A stretch of DNA of 32,000 nucleotides. Origin: Acaryochloris thomasi RCC1774. Lineage in GTDB: Bacteria; Cyanobacteriota; Cyanobacteriia; Thermosynechococcales; Thermosynechococcaceae. Location of the stretch: assembly GCF_003231495.1 (NCBI RefSeq), contig NZ_PQWO01000010.1:150001-182000 (forward strand). Direction: 5' to 3'. Under the pieces are notes generated by a model that had not been told where the DNA came from, searched no databases, and saw only the letters and a program-made list of their open reading frames with translations. Shown here piece after piece: positions 7,024 to 13,919 of the stretch. The translations under genes and the position numbers were made by a program. Positions within the stretch are counted from its first letter, which is position 1; every line of letters starts with the position of its first letter.

Positions 7024-7353
7024 ATGGCACAGAGACCCTCTCAAGCATCTAATGAAGAAACCTACACCAGCGCCATGCGCGTGTATGGGGGCGTGGCGTG
7101 GGGCAGCTTACTTTCTTTCTTGGTTGCCGTGACGCTGATTATTTTGCCGCAGGTGTCACGCTCGTGGCTATGGAGTGTTGTCCCTCTTTGGTTTGGCCTG
7201 TGCGGAATTGGGGTTTTATTGCAGTGGTCAGTGGCCCGAGGGGCCTGCCCAAAGTGCGGCCATCGCCAATCAACAACACCAATGATGACGAGATGCCCAC
7301 AGTGCCGCAGCTATCTGAAAGCCGTCAATCGCAAAATCGTTAAGGTTGGCTAG
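7024..7353 (+). CDS. Small membrane protein with a C-terminal zinc-ribbon
   Basis: The 109-aa product has two hydrophobic helices (VAWGSLLSFLVAVTLIILP, WSVVPLWFGLCGIGVLLQW) and then CPKCGHRQ...CPQCRSY (CxxC-x13-CxxC). Confidence 0.6.
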   Translation: MAQRPSQASNEETYTSAMRVYGGVAWGSLLSFLVAVTLIILPQVSRSWLWSVVPLWFGLCGIGVLLQWSVARGACPKCGHRQSTTPMMTRCPQCRSYLKAVNRKIVKVG

Positions 7354-10252
7354 GTTCGAGACCCAATAGATCTAGAAACTGGGCCTCCGTCAACTGCGGA
7401 ACACCGTATTTTTCAGCTTTCTGTAGTTTATTGCCTGGGTTTTGACCCACAACGATATAGCTTGTTTTAGCACTGGGGTGAGCATTGATTTTGCCACCGG
7501 CAGCTTCAATCAAAGCTTTCACCCGATCTGAGCTGAGAGAGGCAAGTTTGCCTGTGATTACGAAGCTTTGATCAGCAACAGAAGAGCGGGAGACTGGCTC
7601 TGCACTAGTGGAGTCAACGGCATTCGGGGCTGGGGAGGTGGCTCCTGGTGCCTTCTGCACCTGCTGCTGCAGAGTGGCGACAACCTGCTGGGCAAGCTGC
7701 ATTGCTTCTTCAAGCTGTGCTTTCTCCTGCTGCAGTGTTTGGACCTGCTGCTCAAGCGCGGCACCTGCTTCGCAGGCCGCTCGAAAATCTTGACTTAACT
7801 GCTTCTGCTCGCGGGTCAGCGTCTCAATAGTTTGCTGTAGTGTCTTATCCTCTGCAGGAGCCGTGCACTCTTGGGCTTCCGCCTCTCGTTCAGCAAGGGT
7901 CGTCTGGGCCACCTGCAGATCTGCCTTGAGCTGATCTCGCTCTTGAGCTAGATTGCTTTGCTGCAGCTCTAGAGTATTGGTCAGCTCTTGAAGCTGCTGT
8001 CTGAGCGCTCGACTTTCTCCTTGCTCAGACACAGTGGCGGCCTTCGCCCACTGAAGATCTTGCTGGATGCGATCGCGTTCTTGAATCACACTCCTTAGCT
8101 GTTGTTCAAGGGGCTGATCTTCAGCCTCTTGTAAAGCCTGCATCACGTCTCCCAGATTGGCTTCTAGACGCTGAATATTCGTCTGCAGATCTGTAATCAC
8201 ACCTTCGGCTTCACCCACTTCAGTCATCAGTAAATCACGATGGTTGGTAAGGGTAATCACCTGCTCTGCTAAGGGAGCTGCTGACGCCACAGCCTGCTCT
8301 AACGCCTCTTCAATGCTCGTCTTTTGGTTCTCTAAGTTTTCTAGCTCTAAGCTCTGTAGCTGCTTCTGAGAGCTAGAATCACGGACCTGAACCTGCAGCC
8401 GCAGGATCTCTGACTTGGCTTGCTGCAGCTCAACTTGGCTCTGTTGGTGCGCTTGCTCCAGCACCTCAATGTGTTGTTCTAGAGCCACAGGTTGTGCCCT
8501 AGTCTGCTGTAAATCGGTCTCTAGAAGCGCCTGCTGCTGCTCTAGTTGATGGATGACGGTCTGGAGCTGAGTCGCCTCAGCTTGCGTTTCAGTCAATGCG
8601 GCAGCGGTTTGATTGCGGTCTTGCTCTAGAGCCAACAACTGCGCTTCTAGCGCTGTAACTTGCGTTTGCTGAGCACTTTGTTGAGAGGACGTTAAGGTCT
8701 CAGCTCGCAAGACGGCAGCGTCAAGCTCTTGCTGGATCCGATCGCGTTCTTGAACGACCCGCTCCAAACGCGACGTTAGCTCCACGGTCGCCTGATCCGC
8801 AGTTTCTCGAACCTGGGTTTGCTGCTGTTCTAGCTCAGATATTTGGTGCTGTAGGTCGGTGGTCGTCTGCTGGGTTTGATGCAGCTCTTGGGAGATGAGA
8901 TCGCGTTCTTCAACAACACCTTGAAAGCGCTGTTCCCAATCTGACGGTACCTTTGCACTCACTGCCCGCTGTTGTGAGAGCGCCTGAGTTGCTGTTTCCA
9001 ATTCAATGATCAGGCGCTCTCTTTCTTGGCTCACCGCCCGTAACTCTGCCGTCACCTCTGGCGAGACGGCCTGCTGAGCCTGCTCAAGCTCAATCCTCGT
9101 TTGCTGGAGCTGTGCCTGCAATCGCTCAACATCTTCTACAGGACAAAGCTGATTGTTCTCTGCCGTCAGGGTTTGAACCTGAATCTCTAGCTGCTCACGG
9201 TGCGTCCAGGCCGCTTCTAATTGTTCTTGCAGTGTCTTAACTTGGGTCTGGAGAGACTGCAGCTCCGTCAGATGGACTTGCGTCTCCTGTAGCTGGGCAA
9301 GTGCCTGGTCTCGCTCTTCTGCTGTGCGCTGTTGAGATCGCTCCAACTCCGTCAAGCGCGGATGAATTGCCTGTGCTGACTCCAACCGCTGCTCTAGGCT
9401 CTGGACGTGCTCCCGTTGCTCTGCCTGTTGCGCCTCCCGCTGCCGAAGCACCTGCTGCATCTCATCGTGATCTTGAGTGAGCCGGTCTACAGTTTGCTGT
9501 AGCGATTGAATCGTAGCCTGAGACTCTTGCGCCGTTGCGCCCAGGGTTTCTTTCTCTCGAATAAGCGTCTGGAACTGAGGCTGCAGTCGGCTGGCTTCAG
9601 ACCGAGCCTGCTGCAGATCTTGAGTCAGCTTGGCCTGCTGCTGGGTTAGCGTTTCGATCTGCTGCTCTAGTATTCTGCGCTGGGGCTGCTGTGCCTGCTG
9701 CTCAGCCTGCAAAGATTGGAGTTGGTTTTGCAGGGTTCGAATCTTATTTTGAGACTGCCTCAAGTCTATTCCTATCTGATTTTTAGCCTCGGAAAAAGTC
9801 AGACGTTCCTGTTCAAGCCCCGTCACATTCTCCTGCGCTTGCTGCAGACGGGTGTGAAGCTGCTCCTGTTCTTGGACGAGCGTTTGCTCTTGCGCCTCTA
9901 GCATCTGAATACGAGAGGCTTGGGAGGCTTGTTCCCGCGCCCAAGTTTGCTGCGCCTGAGTCAGGGCTGCAGCCTGATGTTCTAGATCTGCAGTTCTTGC
10001 TTGTCCCTGATCGACAGACACCTGTAGGTCTTGGTTGAGGCCCGTGGCTGCACTCAACTGTTCCTGGAGTCGCTTAGCTTGCTGCTGAGCAGTCTTAAGC
10101 TGTGTAACTTGGCGAACCTGCTCTTCTGACTGTTGCTGGTCACGACGACGAGAACGCATCAGTAAAGCCAACAGGACACCTGTGCTGCCGCAGGTTAACC
10201 AGAAGCCATAATGAGTCAAAGCGAAAACGGTGGAGCTGATAGTGTCACCCAT
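7340..10252 (-). CDS. Membrane-anchored Gln-rich coiled-coil protein with a C-terminal BRCT domain
   Basis: The 970-aa ORF starts with ATG. An N-terminal hydrophobic segment FALTHYGFWLTCGSTGVLLALLM is followed by RSRRRD. About 850 aa of Q/E/L/A/T-rich heptad-like sequence follow. The C-terminal 80 aa (7343-7582), SFVITGKLASLSSDRVKALIEAAGGKINAHPSAKTSYIVVGQNPGNKLQKAEKYGVPQLTEAQFLDLL, match the BRCT domain of NAD-dependent DNA ligase. Confidence 0.85.
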   Translation of the reverse strand: MGDTISSTVFALTHYGFWLTCGSTGVLLALLMRSRRRDQQQSEEQVRQVTQLKTAQQQAKRLQEQLSAATGLNQDLQVSVDQGQARTADLEHQAAALTQAQQTWAREQASQASRIQMLEAQEQTLVQEQEQLHTRLQQAQENVTGLEQERLTFSEAKNQIGIDLRQSQNKIRTLQNQLQSLQAEQQAQQPQRRILEQQIETLTQQQAKLTQDLQQARSEASRLQPQFQTLIREKETLGATAQESQATIQSLQQTVDRLTQDHDEMQQVLRQREAQQAEQREHVQSLEQRLESAQAIHPRLTELERSQQRTAEERDQALAQLQETQVHLTELQSLQTQVKTLQEQLEAAWTHREQLEIQVQTLTAENNQLCPVEDVERLQAQLQQTRIELEQAQQAVSPEVTAELRAVSQERERLIIELETATQALSQQRAVSAKVPSDWEQRFQGVVEERDLISQELHQTQQTTTDLQHQISELEQQQTQVRETADQATVELTSRLERVVQERDRIQQELDAAVLRAETLTSSQQSAQQTQVTALEAQLLALEQDRNQTAAALTETQAEATQLQTVIHQLEQQQALLETDLQQTRAQPVALEQHIEVLEQAHQQSQVELQQAKSEILRLQVQVRDSSSQKQLQSLELENLENQKTSIEEALEQAVASAAPLAEQVITLTNHRDLLMTEVGEAEGVITDLQTNIQRLEANLGDVMQALQEAEDQPLEQQLRSVIQERDRIQQDLQWAKAATVSEQGESRALRQQLQELTNTLELQQSNLAQERDQLKADLQVAQTTLAEREAEAQECTAPAEDKTLQQTIETLTREQKQLSQDFRAACEAGAALEQQVQTLQQEKAQLEEAMQLAQQVVATLQQQVQKAPGATSPAPNAVDSTSAEPVSRSSVADQSFVITGKLASLSSDRVKALIEAAGGKINAHPSAKTSYIVVGQNPGNKLQKAEKYGVPQLTEAQFLDLLGLEPSQP
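8059..8085 (-). repeat. Intragenic 27-nt repeat copy A (encodes QERDRIQQ module of the coiled-coil protein)
   Basis: cttgctggatGcgatcgcgttcttgaa matches 8728..8754 at 26 of 27 positions. It contains a HIP1 site. Confidence 0.85.
8069..8076. repeat. HIP1 octamer GCGATCGC
   Basis: Exact match read from the sequence. Confidence 0.95.
8728..8754 (-). repeat. Intragenic 27-nt repeat copy B (encodes QERDRIQQ module)
   Basis: cttgctggatCcgatcgcgttcttgaa matches 8059..8085 at 26 of 27 positions. A more diverged third copy lies near 8892..8917 (EERDLIS). Confidence 0.85.
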
Positions 10253-10396
10253 ACATTCAACAGTTGCTAGATTGCCAATAACTCACGCAGATCAATGAGG
10301 GTCATAGGCAATTCCTCTCTACACCGCTTAGCTAATGGACGTCGAGGGAACTCCAATAGTTCTATGATCACATATTTAAAGAAGGGAAAGGGTGCC

Positions 10397-10804
10397 TCAG
10401 GCAATGCTCCAGCGTCGTAGCCAAGCCGCGATGTCTTCAGGAAGGGGTTTGCGATCGCGACTAATCGGATTAATACAAACATGACGCGTCATCGCCTTCC
10501 CGATGAGTGCCTCTGACTTATGCGTCGAGACAATCTCGTAATGTACCTCAAACTCTGTCTCAGACAAAGAATTGACCGTGAACCGAATCACCTGCTGATC
10601 ACCACAAAACGTAGGCTTAAGAAAATCTACGTGGGCGTGAACAATCGGGATGGCCGTTTCAGGATTACTGAAAAAAGAGCGCATATCGATACCGGTGGCC
10701 GCCAAAGAATCTTCATAGGCTTCATGACAGCTTTCTAAGATTGAGGTGAAATAGGACACCCCCGCGGCATCGGTATCACGCAGCCGCACGGTACGGGTAT
10801 ACAT
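10397..10804 (-). CDS. Hotdog-fold thioesterase, Slr0204-type 1,4-dihydroxy-2-naphthoyl-CoA hydrolase (phylloquinone pathway)
   Basis: MYTRTVRLRDTDAAGVSYFTSILESCHEAYEDSL...IVHAHVDFLKP follows the 4HBT/DHNA-CoA thioesterase pattern, including the catalytic Asp in RxxDTDxxG. I use the ATG at 10804; the track start at 10807 is TTG. Confidence 0.8.
   Translation of the reverse strand: MYTRTVRLRDTDAAGVSYFTSILESCHEAYEDSLAATGIDMRSFFSNPETAIPIVHAHVDFLKPTFCGDQQVIRFTVNSLSETEFEVHYEIVSTHKSEALIGKAMTRHVCINPISRDRKPLPEDIAAWLRRWSIA
10451..10458. repeat. HIP1 octamer GCGATCGC
   Basis: Exact match read from the sequence. Confidence 0.95.
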
Positions 10805-10978
10805 CAATAGCGATTTCTATACAACGATCGAGGCAGCCGCCCCCGTACAAACAGGATTTTGCATTGCTCCCCCAGCCTTATTAAACCTTGATGCCTAAAG
10901 TACGTCTAGGACTTCAAAGTTATTTTTATTTATCTGGTGAATATAGGAGTTTTGGCGGCGGTAGAAGTCTTTAAACGC

Positions 10979-11383
10979 CTAAAAATTCGTTGAAATTGCC
11001 TGAACAGGGCAAGTAGGTACACATTGCTCACAGACAATACAGCGCGATCGTCGAAAATTTAGCCGAAAAGTTTCAGGCTCAAGCGTCAGGGCTTCGGTCG
11101 GGCACACCCCTGTACAGAGACCACAGTCAACACAGCAGTCTTCATCAATGACAATCTCTCGACTCGCAAAGGAGACATCAATATGCTGCGCCTGCATCCA
11201 GTCAATAGCAGCATCTAACTGATCGATATCTCCCGCTAACTCCAGCACCAGCTTACCCACTTGGTTCGGGGCGACCTGGGCACGAATAATATTGGCTGCG
11301 ATGTTGAAGTCTTTAGCGAGCCGGTAAGTGACGGGCATCTGCACCGTCCGTCGCGGGAAAGTTAGAGTAACGCGTTTTTTCAC
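10979..11383 (-). CDS. NIL-domain / 2x[4Fe-4S] ferredoxin fusion protein
   Basis: The N-terminal part is NIL-like (RVTLTFPRRTVQMPVTYRLAKDFNIAANIIRAQV). The C-terminus has two cluster motifs, CVDCGLCTGVCP and CIVCEQCVPTCP. The start codon is GTG. Confidence 0.85.
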   Translation of the reverse strand: MKKRVTLTFPRRTVQMPVTYRLAKDFNIAANIIRAQVAPNQVGKLVLELAGDIDQLDAAIDWMQAQHIDVSFASREIVIDEDCCVDCGLCTGVCPTEALTLEPETFRLNFRRSRCIVCEQCVPTCPVQAISTNF

Positions 11384-11404
11384 AGGTGGGGGGAGAGTAC
11401 AACC

Positions 11405-11638
11405 CTAGTCTTCATCCCAGTCTTCGACATCCAGGAAGCTTTGGATCGGATCCTGCATGGAGAATTCAAAGTCCAGCAGCTCTTCCTTCCAGTGCGTCCA
11501 GTTGTCTCGAAACAGAAAACCGACTTTCCAGATCGCGTCACCGGGCTGTAACTTGCCCGAATCTACCAATGACTGCACCTGACGCTGCAGCTTACCCATC
11601 GGATGCAATACCGGACGGGTGATCGTATTATTTGTCAT
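11405..11638 (-). CDS. Small acidic Trp-rich protein (77 aa), unknown function
   Basis: It starts with ATG and ends 21 nt upstream of the NIL-ferredoxin start on the same strand. The sequence is not low complexity (GDAIWKVGFLFRDNWTHWKEELLDFEF...DVEDWDED). The antisense ORF 11386..11622 looks non-protein-like. Confidence 0.6.
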   Translation of the reverse strand: MTNNTITRPVLHPMGKLQRQVQSLVDSGKLQPGDAIWKVGFLFRDNWTHWKEELLDFEFSMQDPIQSFLDVEDWDED

Positions 11639-11786
11639 ATTCAGATTTTGCGAGTCCTAATGCTTATTACTTGTTGAAGACGATAGCGGCTGAGCGGGTG
11701 GCTACCTCTTCGAAGCAGTCATATGCTAGCACAAAGTTTTTCACGGAGGGGCGTTAGGTTATTAAGTTTCAATACTGGAACCCAAT

Positions 11787-12917
11787 ATGAAGATTGCCAT
11801 CGTCGGATGCGGGATTGTAGGCGCTGCGATCGCCTACACCCTCAGCCAAAAGACAGACTGGGAAATTACCGTCTGGGACCGCCGTACGCCTGATAAATGG
11901 GAGGCGACAGGAGCCGCCTTAGGCGTTTTAATGGCGGTAGTCCGCACGCGCCTAAAGGGCAAGCATGTCCGGCTTTGCTTAGAAAGTCTGCAGTGCTATG
12001 AATCCATCATTCCCCAACTAGAAGCCCTAACCAACATTGCTATTCCCTATAACCGTGGGGGCATTGTCCAGCTTTGCTTTAATCCACAGGATCTGGTCTA
12101 TTGGCAAAAGACCCAGGCCATGCGCCAGCGTCAGGGATTCACGTTAGAAATTTTGAATCGCGCTCAGCTACTAAAGCGATACCCCGACCTATCGGAGGCT
12201 CGACAGGCAAAAAATGCGGCAGTGGGGGCCATCTACTCTCCCCAGGATCGACAGGTGGATCCGGTGATCTGCGCGCAGGCTCTCATTAAAGCGGCCCAAC
12301 TCCAAGGCGTCCAGTTTATTTGGCAGACGCCCATACAAGATTTTCGCTGTGGGTCTGATCAACGAGTTACCTATGTTGTCACAGAAACAGATGTGACTCC
12401 GGTGGATGCGGTTGTAATCACGGCAGGATTAGACTCACAATTGCTTACAGCTCAACTACAGCCGTCGCTGACACTACAGCCAGTATTGGGACAGGCCTTA
12501 AGACTGAAGCGCCCCGATCCGTTCGCCTATCCCTATCCGGTGGTGAATGGAGGAGACGTGCACCTTGTGCCCCTTAATGCTCAGGAACTTTGGGTGGGGG
12601 CGACGGTGGAGTTCCCTGAAGAAGATTCTTTGGAGAGTCCCCAGGCAAATCCGGCTTTGTTGGAGCAGGTTTTAGGAGATGCGATCGCACTTGATCCGAC
12701 ATTAGCAACAGCTGAAATTCTACAAACCTGGTCCGGCCTCCGTCCCCGACCTGACGGTAGACCCGCCCCTGTTATTGAGACCTTAGCCAGCCACCCGAAT
12801 GTCGTCCTGGCAACAGCACATTATCGCAACGGTGTTTTACTCGCTCCCATCACTGCCGTAAGGGTTCAGAATCTGTTGGCAGCCTTACTCAACGACCCAA
12901 GATTTATCGTTGTGTAG
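11787..12917 (+). CDS. FAD-dependent oxidoreductase (DAO / glycine-oxidase-like family)
   Basis: It has the N-terminal Rossmann motif MKIAIVGCGIVGAAIAYTL and is 376 aa long. DAO-type C-terminal features are present (WSGLRPRPDGRP, HYRNGVLLAP). Confidence 0.85.
   Translation: MKIAIVGCGIVGAAIAYTLSQKTDWEITVWDRRTPDKWEATGAALGVLMAVVRTRLKGKHVRLCLESLQCYESIIPQLEALTNIAIPYNRGGIVQLCFNPQDLVYWQKTQAMRQRQGFTLEILNRAQLLKRYPDLSEARQAKNAAVGAIYSPQDRQVDPVICAQALIKAAQLQGVQFIWQTPIQDFRCGSDQRVTYVVTETDVTPVDAVVITAGLDSQLLTAQLQPSLTLQPVLGQALRLKRPDPFAYPYPVVNGGDVHLVPLNAQELWVGATVEFPEEDSLESPQANPALLEQVLGDAIALDPTLATAEILQTWSGLRPRPDGRPAPVIETLASHPNVVLATAHYRNGVLLAPITAVRVQNLLAALLNDPRFIVV
11826..11833. repeat. HIP1 octamer GCGATCGC
   Basis: Exact match read from the sequence. 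Confidence 0.95.
12681..12688. repeat. HIP1 octamer GCGATCGC
   Basis: Exact match read from the sequence. Confidence 0.95.
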
Positions 12918-12928
12918 ACGCAGACCCG

Positions 12929-13294
12929 CTACTCAATTTGGCGCAGATAACTCAACAGCCAATTTACAGCCGTCGCTCGTCTCGTCTTTGTTGGCGTCAG
13001 TTCCCCAACCTTATAGCCCTCAAATCCAAGCTGTTCCTTCAGGAGCTGCTTATTCTCTTTTGGAATGGATCGCGTTAGCTTAACGGTGGCCGGACGGCTA
13101 TCAATAAAATTGGGCGGTTCTGGATAAGCCTCAACCCAGTCCGGCTCCACAGCAGAAATATCCCATTTGCCCGTGTCAGGGTCTTTTCGATACCCTAGCC
13201 CCTCCCACACCAGTTGATTGACGGTGTCGTCAGGAATATCGCCGTGGATGATGGCCCATAGTGTTTCAGTTGTGAGAGGAGGTAACTCAGCCAT
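12929..13294 (-). CDS. DUF1823-like conserved protein of cyanobacteria and plastid-bearing lineages
   Basis: The start is the ATG at 13294 (MAELPPLTTETLWAIIHGDIPDDTVNQLVWEGLGYRKD...RPATVKLTRSIPKENKQLLKEQLGFEGYKVGELTPTKTRRATAVNWLLSYL). It begins 4 nt after the stop of the upstream gene. The longer track ORF (to 13423) overlaps that upstream gene. Confidence 0.75.
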   Translation of the reverse strand: MAELPPLTTETLWAIIHGDIPDDTVNQLVWEGLGYRKDPDTGKWDISAVEPDWVEAYPEPPNFIDSRPATVKLTRSIPKENKQLLKEQLGFEGYKVGELTPTKTRRATAVNWLLSYLRQIE

Positions 13295-13298
13295 AGCT

Positions 13299-13916
13299 CT
13301 ATTTAGAGGGACGAATTTGAGTCGTGCGCTGCAGCAGCCACAGACTTGAAGCAATGCCCGCGAACTGCCCTGCCATTGTATTGATGCAGGCCTGCACCAC
13401 CAACAGCTCAATCGGTTCAACAATGCGAGTCAGGCCCGCAAAGACCACGCCTTGAGAAATCGCCTTACCAATAATGACGCCCACAATCCACTCTCCCCCA
13501 ATGACCGCCATCAGCATGCCAAACACATCAGTGACCAGCGCCAGCTTCACCATGCGCAACGTTTCTGCCTTCGTCGGCGGATTCGCACCCGGGATTAAAA
13601 ATCGCCGAGAGAAGCGCGTAAACCTAAAGCTCCAGAACACGCTCACGCTCAGGAAAACGATCCCAATGGCAATGATCAGCAGCCCCAAGCCACCGGACGG
13701 GCTAGAGGCAGCGACCTGACTACCCGGAACGTTGGGAACATTGGGCGTTAGATTCTGACGAAAAAAGGCAAACGGAAAGGCAAACAGAATCGTGACGCCC
13801 GAGATGATGGCGAGAACTAGCTTGATCCAGAAGCTAGCCCAGCCCACCAATCGAAAAGAGATGCCTAAACCTCTGAATCCCGCCGAGGCATTGCCACCCT
13901 CTAGCATTCTGCTCAT
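13299..13916 (-). CDS. DUF3611-like integral membrane protein
   Basis: The 205-aa product has about four hydrophobic helices (FRLVGWASFWIKLVLAIISGVTILFAFPF, GLGLLIIAIGIVFLSVSVFWSF, ...). It starts with ATG 3 nt after the bciB stop. Confidence 0.75.
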   Translation of the reverse strand: MSRMLEGGNASAGFRGLGISFRLVGWASFWIKLVLAIISGVTILFAFPFAFFRQNLTPNVPNVPGSQVAASSPSGGLGLLIIAIGIVFLSVSVFWSFRFTRFSRRFLIPGANPPTKAETLRMVKLALVTDVFGMLMAVIGGEWIVGVIIGKAISQGVVFAGLTRIVEPIELLVVQACINTMAGQFAGIASSLWLLQRTTQIRPSK

Positions 13917-13919
13917 CTG

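Noticed and set aside
7353-7364. tRNA T-loop-like string ggttcgagaccc
   Set aside because: The flanking bases do not form a 5-bp T-stem (ctagg versus cccaa), and no acceptor, D or anticodon arms can be drawn. It lies inside the BRCT-coding end of a long ORF.
7558-7830. Several 60-76 aa ORFs on both strands inside the coiled-coil gene (also 9716..9901)
   Set aside because: They are by-products of the CAG/CTG-rich repetitive coding sequence of the 970-aa ORF.
10267-10482. 71-aa minus-strand ORF overlapping the 3' end of the thioesterase gene
   Set aside because: It is out of frame with a well-supported homologous gene, and the remainder lies in the promoter region of the coiled-coil gene.
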